64,000 nt of DNA from Ranitomeya imitator (lineage: Eukaryota): NCBI RefSeq assembly GCF_032444005.1, contig NC_091285.1, positions 623,100,001 through 623,164,000 on the forward strand, in the 5' to 3' direction. Positions 34,925 to 47,561 of the stretch are shown piece after piece. How positions within the stretch are numbered: position 1 is the first letter of the stretch; every line of letters starts with the position of its first letter. The notes under the pieces were generated by a model. That model made no database searches, was not told where the DNA came from, and saw only the letters and a list, made by a program, of their open reading frames with translations. A program made the translations under genes and the position numbers.

Positions 34925-37900
34925 GGTCACGGAGGCACAAGGTCCAATTCATTACAGAACCAATACATAACTTAAATAACTAAAATAAAAGACACAGACA
35001 AATTCATTGGATAAAATAGGCCGCGATATTTATTAAGGGTTACCAATAACAACTACTTTAATAACCAATTAAAATCAAATGCTTAAATCCATTAAGAATT
35101 CATAAATAAATAAATAATAATCAAAAAATGTATATGACCTTTAAAAAGAACCAAGTCCACCCAGCATTAGCTGGGCGACTATTCCTTCTAACAAATATCG
35201 CGACGGGAATTTTTACATTTATTAGGGAGGGAGGGAGGGGCACTTTTCTTTCTTGCTGCGCACTGACTGACTGGATTGCGCAGAAGAAGGGCCTTATATA
35301 CCTCTGATTTTCCCGCTCTTTTCAGTCCTGAGCCAATCAAATCAGCGTTTTTTCCCGCTCAAACCAACTGCCCCTTCTTCTCGCATTTTCTCCTGGCAGT
35401 TGCTGGTGACCTGTAAAGGACTTCAAAGCTCGGTAAGTACCATTCACATCATAGCCCTAATAGAGAAGAGGGGGGAGTGGGAGAGACCAATAAGGAGGAA
35501 CAAACGGGGGGGGGGGGGGAAAACGGAGTACCAGAAATAGACAGTAATGAATGGGCCTGTGCCCCCGTGTGTCCCCCTAGCTAAGCGCTTTGGGGGGCCT
35601 TTTCATTCTCCTCTCTCCTCTACTGGAGAGTGATGTTACGTCTGAAGGCAATAAAGGAAATCACTTTACCAAGTATCACAAACCATTCAACACACTTCAC
35701 ACTCCAGTCCACCAGGGGGAGCTATGCTCCTATTTAGTAGGGCACTCTTCACAATTAGGTAAAACTGGTGGTCTGGATAGGAAGTTAGGCAGAGGCGAGC
35801 TGGGCTTCACCCAGTGAGCAGCTATCTGAGCTCCGCTCAGGTAGTGGGTCTCTGACAGGGGTGGGATCCTGTCAGAGGCCTAGACAGAAGGCCACGAAGC
35901 TGCAACTGACCACGTGCGGCAGCATCCTAAGAAAGAAACATTGAAGGAGAATTGTATTGTAGAGGGTGAGAAACGAAGTCATAGCAAAAGGAGAGGAAAC
36001 CAGAAGGAGTTCTGCCCTGTAAAAGGCTGCCTCCTTTCTGAGGCGCAGGATCCGGTAGCCGGAACACCGAGGGAGTCATCGTCTCCAAGCCTGGCTCCAG
36101 AGACCGGCAAAACAGATAATTCTGGATTGCCCCCACGAAAGGGCAATGGGGTACTCGGTACCGGGTCTTAGAGTTCCCTCAGCGAGGATGTCACGGTGGC
36201 CCGACCCAGACCGTGGCCCTATGAGGGGCGCCCAATAAAAGGCAGAGTTTGTAGATAATGGTAGTGTTCATGATGCCACCTCTGGTATTTAGTCAGGGTG
36301 ACCGATGCTGCTTAGGGGTCCACTGGGGTGATGTTATGGCAGCTAGATGGTATACCTTCCCACAGGTGAAGTATATCCCCAGGGCTTCCCAGAAGTGTAG
36401 AAGGTGCTGGTGGATGGTGCAAGGCGCGGTGAATAACGAGGACACAATGGGTGCAGTCTCTTTACCTTTACTGAAGGCTTCAGCATCTGCAGTCCAGGGT
36501 GCTGGATGACAGGGTAGGCAGAGTCCGGCCGGTCTGATGGCAATTCCAGAGTCCCCTTATCCAGGTGGAAATCAGTAGCCTTCCCCTTGCGCACAGTAAT
36601 GTAGTAGGTCCCTACTTCCATTAGCTACCATAAGGTCCTCACTTTTGTTACTTCTCTCTCTCTGTCCCTCAGATGGATAGGACATTACCCGTATGACGGT
36701 GGTGGCCTGAGGCTATTTTATAGGGACCCTAGCGTCGCCCCTCCTCCGCATTGCCACCTTGTCTGCTTAGGCTTTTAGGTTGGGCAGCCAACTTGGAATC
36801 AACTGCCCTGCTGGTCTCTGAAGTAAAGCGTAGAGTCTATTACTCCCTCGGTGTTCCGGCCACCGGATCTGCGCTCAGAGGGAGGCAGCCTGCTTCTAGC
36901 TGGTCTCCCGCTGTTGTTTCACTCCTGTTGCTATGACTTCTGTGCTCACTCACTACGGCACACTTCCTTTCGTGTCCTTTCTTAGGAGGCTGCCACATGG
37001 GTTGCAGGCGCATCTTCGTGTCCTTCTTTCCTTCCTCCTCAGACTACAGTCTGGATCTGACCAGGGATCACCCCAGCCAGCTCGACCTGGAGACCTTTCC
37101 TCGTCGGACCCCAGCCAGGAGCTCTGCTCTCCTCTCCTCCCCTTACCCCTACTACCTAACTTCATAACCAACCCCCAGTTTTACTCAAATGTGAGGAGTG
37201 GCCTAATAAATAGAACTTTTTGCTCCCCCTGGTGGCCGGCGTGTGAAGTGTGTGTGTGGCTGTGATACCTGGCAGGGTGAACCCCTTTGGTGCCATCAGA
37301 CGTAACATCGCTCCCCCTGGTGGAAGAACGACATTACTGCAACGACCAAGACTCTGGGGCGCTGCAATTCCATATTAGTTGCCCGACCCTTACCCAGGAG
37401 GCACGGTGGCAACTATGGGAGGTCGGGGCGTGCTAGAATCCCCGTAAAAAGCCTCAAGCCACCAGTCATATGGGTTGTTCCTAACCATCTGGGGGACAGA
37501 GAGAGAAAGACATAACATCTAGAACACCAACATCAGTTGTGAGGACCTTATGAGAAGCTCAGCAGTAAGGTACTAGAACATCCAGGCGCTAGAGGAAGGC
37601 TACTGATTTTCACCTGGATAAAGAGACTCTGGATTTGCCTTCAGACCGGCCAGACTCTGCCTGCCCTGTGATCTGGTGCTCTGGACTGTGGATGCTGAAG
37701 CCTTCAGTAAAAAGGTAAAGAAACTGCAACCTTGTGTCCTCGTTCTTCACTGCGCCTCACACCATCTACACTTCTGGGAAACCCTGCGGACATTCTTCAT
37801 CTGTGGGAAGGTATACCATCTAGCTGCCATTACATCACCCCAGTGGACCCCTACACAGCGTCGGTCACCTTGACTGAATACCACAGATGGCATCACAAAC

Positions 37901-38037
37901 ATTTCCCTTTTAAAGACCTTTCCCCTTTTATCAACGGACCTCCCGAGGGCCACGGACCGGGTCAGCCACCGTGACATCCCCTTTGAGAACCGAAGGGCCC
38001 GGTACCAAGTACCCCACTGTCCTACGGGGGCGCTCCA
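34925..38037 (-). mobile_element. Composite LTR-derived insertion in the PLE
   Basis: GTTA duplicated at 34921-24 and 38038-41; PLE sequence is continuous across the empty site; LTR start TGGAGCGCCCCC at 38037 (-). Confidence 0.7.
36123..37366 (+). mobile_element. Solo LTR (1244 bp) nested in an oppositely oriented relative
   Basis: TG...CA termini with short inverted repeat (TGGATTGCCCC / GGGGCGCTGCA); exact 4-bp TSD ATTC at 36119-22 and 37367-70. Confidence 0.85.
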
Positions 38038-38753
38038 GTTACAGTGTAGGCAAGGGAATGTGCCGCACCTAGGCTGATGTAGAGTTAATTGTGACGGTAA
38101 TGAATCCCTACGCAGGTCAGCTTTAGCAGTTTGTCCCTTATGTTTGGCACTCTTTTGAATCAGGGGAGGAATGGAGAATTGAACTCGGGGATATTAGGAT
38201 GAGCGTCTCCAAGGAGATGCCAGTGACGGTGTATGGTCCTGTGGAGAATGTACATAAACGGGTGATAACCATGTACAAAAGGAATGCGATTATCTGTTTT
38301 AACTTTAGTTCGTTGATTGATGGTTCTGCAAGAATCAAGAATATGGTCAGGGTAACCCCTCTCACGAAACTTGGTGTGTAATTCGCTTCTGCGTTGATCG
38401 CGTAGTGTGTCATTGGAGACAATGCGCTCGATTCGCTTTCTTTGAGATTTAGGAATAGACCTCTTAACAGGGTTGGGATGAAAACTTTGATAGTGCAGTA
38501 GACTGTTACGGTCTGTACTTTTAGTATATAGGTCTGTGGAAAGATGTCACTCATCATCTTTAATGACCATAGTGTCAAGAAAATTGATGCTATATGGATC
38601 AAAGGCCATTGTGAAAGAAAGGCCGGGCCACGCAGTGTTAAGAAACTCAAAGAAGGTCTGTAGAGAGTCTGGGGGTCCCTTCCAGATGCAAAAAATATCA
38701 TCTATGAAGCGTTTCCATAGTAAGATGTTATTCTGGTAAAGGGAATTCATATA

Positions 38754-40512
38754 CCATATATACTCGAGTATAAGCCGAGATTTTCAGCCCAAATTTTTGG
38801 GCTGAAAGTCCCCTCTTGGCTTATACTCGAGTCATGATCGGCGGTGGGGTCGGCAGGTGAGGGGGAGAGAGGACTGTCATATACTCACCTAGTCCCGACG
38901 CTCCTGTCGCTGTCCCTGCCTGTCCCATGGTTTCTGGGTGCCGCAGCTCTTCCTCTGTTCAGAGGTCACGTGGGACCCCTCATTAAAGTAATGAATATGG
39001 ACTCCACTCCCATAGGGGTGGAGCCGCATATTCATTCCTGTAATGAGCGGACCCATGTGACCGCTTACTACAGGAAGAAGCTGCAGTCGCCGGAGACCAT
39101 CTGTCCGGGAGAAGCTGCCAGGGATCACGCCGGAGCAGGTGAGTATTTCATAGTCACCTGTCCGCGTTCCACCCGCTGGGCGCCGCTCTGTCTTCCCGTC
39201 CTCTTGCTGTGACTGTTCAGGTCAGAGGGCGCGATGATGTATTAGTGTGCGTGCCGCCCTCTGCCTGAACAGTCAGTGCGGTTAGACGGGACGCTGAGGA
39301 GCAGCGGGCAGCAAGCAAGGAGATGTGAGTATGTCTTTTTTTTTTATTATTGCAGCAGCAGCATTACATATGGCATAGCTTTATATGGAGCATCTATGGG
39401 GCAATAATGAAATGTATGGAGCATTCTATATGGCACCGCTGTATATGGATCATCTTATGGGGCAATAATGAAATGTATGAAGCATTCTATATGGCACCGC
39501 TATATATGGATCATCTTATGGGGCAATAATGAAATGTATGGAGCATTCTATATGGCACCGCTATATATGGATCATCTTATGGGGCAATAATGAAATGTAT
39601 GGAGCATTCTATATGGCACCGCTATATATGGATCATCTTATGGGGCAATAATGAAATGTATGGAGCATTCTATATGGCACAGCTTTATATTGAGCATCTA
39701 TGGGGCAATAATGAAATGTATGGAGCATTCTATGTGGCACCGCTATATATGGATCATCTTATGGGGCAATAATAAAATGTATGGAGCATTCTATATTGCA
39801 CAGCTATATATGGATCATCTTATGGGGCAATAATGAAATGTATGGAGCATTCTATATGGCACAGCTTTATATGGAGCATCTATGGGGCAATAATGAAAAG
39901 TATGGAGCATTCTATATGGCACAGCTTTATATGGAGCATCTATGGGACAATAATGAAATGTATGGCGCATTCTATATGGCAAAGCTTTATATGGAGCATC
40001 TATGGGGCAATAATGAATTGTATGGGGCATTCTATATGGCACAGCTTTATATGGAGCATCTATGGGGCAATATTGAATTGTATGGAGCATTCTATATGGC
40101 ACAGTTTTAAATGGAGCATCTTATGGGGCCATAATGAACTGTATGCAGCATTACATGGAGCATATTTTTCTATGGAGCATCTTATGGGCACATCATCAAC
40201 TTTATGGAGCATTACATGGGCCTATCATCAACTTTATGGAGCATTATATGGGCCCATCATCAACTGTATGGAGCATTATATGGGCCCATCATCGACTTTA
40301 TGGAGCATTATATGGGCCCACCATCAACTGTATGGAGCATTATATGGGCCCATCATGAACTTTATGGAGCATTATATTTTTGAAATTTACCAGTAGCTGC
40401 TGCATTTTCTACCATAGGCTTATACTCGAGTCATTACGTTTTTCCAGTTTTTTGTGGCAAAATTAGGGGGGTCGGCTTATACTCGGGTTGGCTTATACTC
40501 GAGTATGTACAG
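38754..40512. mobile_element. Tc2/pogo-like MITE with 60/61-bp and 32-bp minisatellites (about 39380-40380)
   Basis: TA TSD; TIR ...ATATACTCGAGTATAAGCC; inverted relative to the 9772-15130 copy; PLE RT sequence is continuous across the empty site. Confidence 0.88.
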
Positions 40513-41267
40513 TAAATCTTAGTGTTCTCGAATTCTGCCATAGAGCAATTAGCGAAAGGGGGGCTACGTTCAGGCCATTGCGGTCCCCTTCCTTTGCAGA
40601 TACTATGTGTCCTGGAATAAAAATAAATTTTTAGAGAGGACGAATTGTAAGAGCTCAAACACATGTGTGTCTGTTCAGGGCCGATCCCAAGGACACTGAA
40701 CAGAAAAAAAAGATATAAATTTGCTCGGGACGCAGAGGACTACCAATTAGATCGGGTGTATAGATGGCGTGACAAACCCTCACTCAGACGACCTCCATCC
40801 CGTACTACCTTCAGATCATCCACAGAACTGTCTACCTCCGGCTCCGAAACAGAAAGCAGGGATCCACCATCCTCCGCCCGTTTTTTCGAATAGCAAAGGA
40901 AACAACAAAGAAGGAAAAAAGGACAAGAAGAGGACATGGATTTAGGAAAAAGGAACGTTCCACCCCGCATGACTCGCTCACAGATACTTGGCCACTGGTG
41001 GTAAATATATCATCTAGAACTCTGGGTATATCTGAGCATAATGTGTTACTGAAAGGTCTTTCCTTTTGTCCTGCTCAGAACCTTAACACTTTTGATTTAG
41101 AAATGGACCTATGTCGCTTTTTCCGCCGCTTGAGATTGAAAGCATATTTTGCCTACTCCCCATCACAAGAGACCCTCAGGGCAGAAACTGAGGAAGGTCA
41201 GGGACCTCTGACAGCTATCGGTCTAGGCCTGCGGCCTAAGAGTTTCTTTAGACCTCCCCATGGTTCC

Positions 41268-42062
41268 TGTTGTGAATTCTGTTATCGAACTCCCTCCTGT
41301 GGTCATGAATGGTACTTCGGCGAGTTCTGTCCATGGACTCCCTCTGGTGGCTGTGAGTGGAGCTACTGCTTCTGAGGTTCCTTCCACAGGTGATGTAGTT
41401 TATTCTTTGGCTGGCTGTTCTATTTAACGCCACTCAGATCGTTACTCCATGCCAGCTGTCAATGTTCTTGTACTGGTTCAGTTCGCTCTTGGATCTTTCT
41501 GGTGACCTGTCTACTCCAGCAGAAGCTAAGTTCCTGCTAGTTAATTATTTGTTATTTGTTTCCTTTTCCAGCTGGCTATCATGATCTTGCCCTGCTAGCT
41601 GGAAGTTCTGGGATGCAGAGTGGCACCTCCGCACCGTGAGTCGGTGCGGAGGTCTTTTTGCACACTCTGCGTGGTCTTTTTGTAGGGTTTTGTGCTGACC
41701 GCAAAGTTACCTTTCCTATCCTCAGTCTGTTTAGTAAGTTTGGCCTCCCTTTGCTAAAACCTGTTTCATTTCTGTGTTTGTGACTTTCATCTTAACTCAC
41801 AGTCAATATATGTGGGGGGCTGCCTTTTCCTTTGGGGAATTTCTCTGAGGCAAGGTAGGCTTTATTTTCTATCTTTAGAGCTAGTTAGCTCTTAGGCTGT
41901 GAAGAGGCGTCTAGGTCGTGTTAGGTACGCTCCACGGCTATTTCTAGTTGTGTGATAGGATTAGGGGTTGCGGTCAGCAGAGCTCCCTCTTCCCAGAGCT
42001 TGTCCTGTGTTAGTTTAACCATCAGGTCGTTTCGGGTGCTCCTAACCACCAGGTCCATAACA
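41268..42062 (+). mobile_element. Solo LTR (795 bp), longer relative of the 22032 Gypsy LTR
   Basis: TG...CA termini; exact 6-bp TSD GGTTCC at 41262-67 and 42063-68, confirmed against the uninterrupted PLE copy near 32200. Confidence 0.92.
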
Positions 42063-44802
42063 GGTTCCCATGCCCTAGAAGCATTTATTGGCTTCGTTAA
42101 TCAATCTTTTTCTGACCTCCGTAGAGATATTGACAGTGGATCGCTACACTATCCTCCCAACTTGTCTGTTACGGATCGTCAAGCCTTAAAATCCCTTCAA
42201 GAGGATTCTAGTCTCATTATTAAACCAGCAGACAAGGGGGGAGCTATTGTGGTGATGGACAAATCATACTATGTTCAGGAGATCCTGAGGCAACTTCAGG
42301 ATACCTCCACCTATGTTGAATTATCCAGAGATCCAACACCACAAATCAGGGAACTCATTTCAGGGGTTTTATCTAAATACTTGGAACTAGGGGTACTTGA
42401 CTTAAAAACACGGGAGTACCTTACTAAAAATCATCCGATTACCCCGGTTTTCTACATCCTCCCGAAGATCCATAAGAACCTCAGTCGACCCCCAGGGAGA
42501 CCTATAGTGGCATCCACGGAGTCCATCTTATCCCCGCTTTCTATATTTTTAGAAAAAGTCCTAACACTTCTGATTCGCAAGACACCCTCGTTTATTCTAG
42601 ACACGGGTGATTTTTTTGAACACAATTAGAGAGTTGCATACAATACCCAGGGATTCTCTTCTTGTCTCGTTTGACGTTAAAGATCTCTATACCTCCATAC
42701 CCCACACCGAAGTTATTAATTCAGTGCATAAATTACTATCATCCTCTGGGATGGTCCCTGAACAGACACACATGTGTATTGAGCTCTTACAATTGGTCCT
42801 CTCTAAAAATTTATTTTTATTCCAGGACACATACTATCTGCAAAGGAAGGGGACCGCAGTGGGCTCGAACGTAGCCCCCCTTTCACTAATTGCTATGTGG
42901 CAGATTTTGAGAACACTAATATTTATACGAATTCCCTGTACCAGAATAACATCTTACTATGGAAACGCTTCATAGATTATATTTTTTGCATCTGGAAGTG
43001 ACCCCCAGACTCTCTACAGACCTTCTTTGAGTTTCTTAACACTGCGTGGCCCGGCCTTTCTTTCACAATGGCCTTTGATCCATATAGGATCAATTTTCTT
43101 GACACTATGGTCATTAAAGATGATGAGGGACATCTTTCCACAGACCTATATACTAAAAGTACAGACCGTAACAGTCTACTGCACTATCAAAGTTTTCATC
43201 CCAACCCTGTTAAGAGGTCTATTCCTAAATCTCAAACAAAGCGCATTGTCTCCAATGACACACTACGCGATCAACGCAGAAGCGAATTACACACTAAGTT
43301 TCGTGTAAGGGGTTACCCTGACCATATTCTTGATTCTTGCAGTACCATCAATCAACGAACTAAAGTTAAAACAGATAATCGCATTCCTTTTGTACATGGT
43401 TATCACCCATTTACGTACATTCTCCACAGGACCATACGCCGTCACTGGCATCTCCTGGAGAGGCTCATCCTAATATCCCCGGGTTCAATTCTCTATTCCT
43501 CCCCTGTTTCAAAAGAGTGCCAAACATAAGGGACAAACTGGTTAAAGCTGACATGGGTAGGGATTCATTACCGTCACGACAATTAACTCTGCATCAGCCT
43601 AGGTGCGGCACATTCTCTTGCCTACACTCTAACCAGTGTGGCAATGTACAGAAAGGCAGTTCCATCTTTCACCCCCACTCGGGTAAACAGTTCAAGATCA
43701 AAGATGTGATACTTCCAATGTGGTTTATCTAATTAAATGCCCCTGCGGTCTAGGTTATGTAGGCAAAACCACTCAGTCTATTAAGGACCAGATCTCAAAG
43801 CACAAGTCTACCGTGAGGTGTAAAAATCTCTTACTGCCTATCCCGAAACATTTCATTGATCATAATCACAAAGTCTCACAACTGAGTTTTCAGATAATTG
43901 AACAGGTCTCTATTCCTAGGCGAGGAGGGGACCGTGTTAGACTGTTAAAACAAAGAGAGGCATATTGGATACACACACTCGATACCCTGCACCCTCGTGG
44001 GTTAAATAGGGACTATGACTTGATGTCATTTATATAAGTACTGTACTCTATAATCCACCCAGGTACCCCATTCAAGTACCCTGATCATACAGGCCTCAAT
44101 TGGCTCATATAGATTATGTATCAAGATAATATGCCATGATTATTATGCATGATTCTGATTATTGCATTCTTATTTGCAGAGTCGTTTGTACTGAGAACGT
44201 TTATGATACTGTCTGCTCGTCCGTCTACACATCTTCACCCTGTGTGCACCTCTGTTCATAAGCGATACATCACAATGACTCAGGAGCCTGTAAGATCATC
44301 ATCAGCCTCTCTCAATATGTCTGCTGGAACGCAAATACTTCCACTGTGGACCGCACAACCTAGCCGCTTCACTTTTTTTTTGCACAGTTATGCCGATCAC
44401 ATGACCGGCTTGTTTAGCCCCGCCCATCCTGCACTTAAGCACGTCACATCCTGCTGACTATTGCAGACTAGCGGTGGACACCGCGTCGCACTAGCACAAG
44501 CCGCCACCGGTCTCTTGGTGAGTTAATGCTGCCATGTTTTACTGTGACACTACCTCCCACATTTTCCTCCGGAACCTGCTATATAAGGACCCATCACATT
44601 TCCTTGCAGATAACTAATTGTGGACACTATAACCCGAGCAGCTCATACTGGTAATCTTACCTTCTATTTTGCGGCTACCTATACACTCCATAGAGTACAC
44701 TGTATATGGGCACTCACTGTTCCTGAATTTTTTCACCTTATTACAGCACTAGTGCCGTGCATCCCACATCACGTCCAAGGGACGCTTCTATATCTTCCTT
44801 AA

Positions 44803-45132
44803 AGGGACACTGTCACCTGAATTTGGAGGGAACAATCTTTAGCCATGGAGGCGGGGGTTTTGGGTGTTTGATTCACCCTTTACTTACCCGCTGGCTGCAT
44901 GCTGGCTGCAATATTGGATTGAAGTTCATTCTCTGTCCTCCGTAGTACATGCCTGCATAAGGTGCAATCTTGCCTTGCGCAAACGTGTACTATGGAAGAC
45001 AGAGAATGAGCTTCAATCCAATATTGCAGCCAGCATGCAGCCAGAGGGTAAGGAAAGGGTGAATCAAACACCCCAAAACCCCGCCTCCATGGCTGAAGAT
45101 TGTTCTTTCCAAATTCAGTTGACAGTGTCCCT
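44803..45132. mobile_element. Kolobok/T2-type palindromic MITE (330 bp)
   Basis: TTAA TSD; TIR AGGGACACTGTCA; empty site CCTTAAGG visible near 33727-33734. Confidence 0.9.
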
Positions 45133-45896
45133 TTAAGGAAATTGGTATGTTGACAATTAAACAAGCTTACCTTGTCTATTAATGGGGTTCATTTTGTCTA
45201 GGGTGCATATTCCAGCTGTACCGATTGTTCGTTGAGTGCATTTTGTCTGAGCATAATACGCTATTTTCTCTGCTTTCTAGGTATCCTAAATACTATTAGG
45301 CCTTATTGTTAAATATATCTCTCCTCCCTCTCCCCTTCCCCCATTCTTTGTATATACTTTATTTTGTCATACACCGCCTATATGTTGGTTGACCAACAGT
45401 TTTGTTATATTTTGTAAATACACTCACTTTTGCATGTAGTTACTGAAGAAGGCCAAGCATTGAGACTGAAACGTTTATTTTGATGACTACAATAAATTAC
45501 AAAAAAACTCCATTTAAGTTGAGTGCCTAAGTTTATCTTTCATTAAGGTCAAAATAGGCTGGGTCATGAAGGGGTTAAAGATAGGGTACACAGGACACAT
45601 GCAGACGTAGGCGGAGCTAAAGGAAGAGGTGCGGCAGTAGGCGGGGCTTCACAGAGGAAGAAGGCTTTCGTCCGCAGCCCTGCTGAACGCGAGTGTGAAA
45701 CTAGCCTAAGATATGCAGTATGTAAAATAGGGGGCAGGTCATTGCGGCATAATAAGCCATAAGGGTGAATATCTAAAATATCTAAGCAGATCAACAAAAT
45801 GACCCACACACAGCCCCACACCCACTACCCCGCCCACAGTCTGCCATTGAAGCACAAGAATCTTATTACTGAAAACTAAAAATAAAGATTAAACAA

Positions 45897-46223
45897 TAGT
45901 GATGAGCAAATATACTCGTTACTCGAGATTTCTCTAGCATGCTCGGGGGTCCTCCGAGTATTTTTTAGTGCTCGGAAATTTAGTTTTTATTGCCGCAGCT
46001 CAATGATTTACATCTGTTAGCCAGCATAAGTAAATGTGGGGATTCCCTAGCAACCAGGCAACCCCCACATGTACTTATGCTGGCTAACAGATAATAATAA
46101 TAATACTAATTTTTATTTATATAGCGCCAACATATTCCGCAGAGCTTTACAGTTTAACAGTTTAACTAAATTTCCGAGAGTGCTCTGGAAATCTCGAGTA
46201 ACGAGTATATTCGCTCATCACTA
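45897..46223. mobile_element. hAT-type MITE
   Basis: TIR TAGTGATGAGC(A/G)AATATACTCGTTACTCGAG; exact 8-bp TSD TTAAACAA. Confidence 0.9.
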
Positions 46224-46308
46224 TTAAACAACAACAAGACGGATTTAAGCACCACAGGTATCATTTTAATCAGTATAATGGCACCAACCTGACTGTGTCT
46301 GTAGGTTA

Positions 46309-46701
46309 GGCCTCTTTCACATTTCTGTCGGGACGGGGCCGTCGCAAACCGTCGGCCTGACGTACCGACGGACGTTGTGGAAATAGTGCACAACGTGGGC
46401 AGCGGATTCAGTTTTCAGATGCATCCGCTGGCCATTATGAATTCCGGGGAGGAGGGGTTGGAAATGGCGGTTCCAACAGATGAAAAAACGTTACATTGAA
46501 CATTTTTTCGTCACGACGGGCCGCAAAATCACGATGCATCCGTTGCACGACGGATGCGACGTGTGGCCATATGTCGCAATGCGTCGCTAATGCAAGTCTA
46601 TGAAGAAAAAATGCATCCTGCAGGCAACTTTGCAGGATGCGTTTTTTCTCCAAAACTACGCATTGCGACGTTGGCCAAACGACAGAAGTGTGAAAGAGGC
46701 C
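46309..46701. mobile_element. Harbinger-type MITE
   Basis: TIR GGCCTCTTTCACA; TTA TSD. Confidence 0.88.
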
Positions 46702-47194
46702 TTACTGAGCGCAATCCTGCAGACAGGTTGACTTTAAGGGCTCGTGCACATGACCGTATTTTTGTTACAAATGTGATCCGGCAAAACATCGGATCGCACT
46801 CGGACCAATATTATTCTATGCGGCTGTGCACATGTTCAAAAAAAATCACAGCATGTTTGAATTGGATTCAATTATCAAATCGCATTTGGCCACGCAAGTC
46901 AATGAGTCTGATTTTACTTCATTATTAGCTGGATTGTAGCAGAGCTCAACTCTCCTGCACTCCTCCACAACCGATCTTATAATAACTAGGCAGTGCAGCT
47001 GAGCTGTGTTTGTGGCCTGCTGCTGAGAGATCAGTGATATGAAACTGCAAATGCCACTTTATTGATGCACTGATTGTCTTCTGCCATAGGCATCAATAGA
47101 GCAGCATTTGCAGTTTCACATCACTACCGAAGGAAGGTTCCAATGACTGCTGTGCTCTGCAATTATTACTCTGTGAGCAATGCCCGCATGGTAA

Positions 47195-47388
47195 GGCTGC
47201 CGTCACACTAGCAGTATTTGGTCAGTATTTTACATCAGTATTTGTAAGCCAGAACCAGGAGTGGAACAAATAGAGGACAAGCATAATAGAAACATATCAC
47301 CACTTCTGGATTTATCACCCACTCCTGGTTTTGGCTTACAAATGCTGATGTAGAATACTGACCAAATACTACTAGTGTGACGGCAGCC
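47195..47388. mobile_element. Harbinger-type MITE (194 bp)
   Basis: TIR GGCTGCCGTCACACTAG; TAA TSD. Confidence 0.9.
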
Positions 47389-47561
47389 TAAAGACGATAA
47401 AAAGCAGCACTAAATAAATATTCCTGCCCATATATCTGGTTCCATATGAGGGGTAGAAAAAAATAAAAAACAAAAGACAAAATACTTGGGGAGCAATTAG
47501 AAGGAAACAGGAGGAAAATGTGAATACTTTTGACTTGGTGCTATGTCTTTAAAATGACATG

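Larger units (their letters stand above)
31499..40689 (-). mobile_element. Penelope-like element, family 1 (Neptune-like), circularly permuted copy with nested insertions
   Basis: 5' to 3' order: RT C-half (40689-38040), GIY-YIG (34924-34510), 3'UTR/pLTR, N-terminal ORF 33341-32211 (IPRGLR...VVNISSRTL), RT N-half ending 31499; decayed by stops and frameshifts. Confidence 0.85.
40689..45542 (+). mobile_element. Penelope-like element, family 1, 5'-truncated plus-strand copy
   Basis: Mid-ORF1, then RT fragments (41952-43529), GIY-YIG (MVYLIKCPCGLGYVGKT...REAYWI, 43720-44037), then 3'UTR that is the reverse complement of 33340-34510. Confidence 0.88.
31180..45574. mobile_element. piggyBac-type (TTAA/CCCC) MITE remnant hosting the PLE complex
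   Basis: TTAA|CCCCTT at 31176-85 and AAGGGG|TTAA ending 45578; the interior is replaced by PLE sequence. Confidence 0.5.

Noticed and set aside
39590-40396. Met/Tyr/Trp-rich ORFs (MEHSIWH..., LYGAFYMAQ...)
   Set aside because: Translations of the 60/61-bp and 32-bp minisatellites.
45790-46730. Diverged direct similarity to about 48570-48730
   Set aside because: Best explained as two old remnants of the same chromovirus 3' region; too decayed to delimit.
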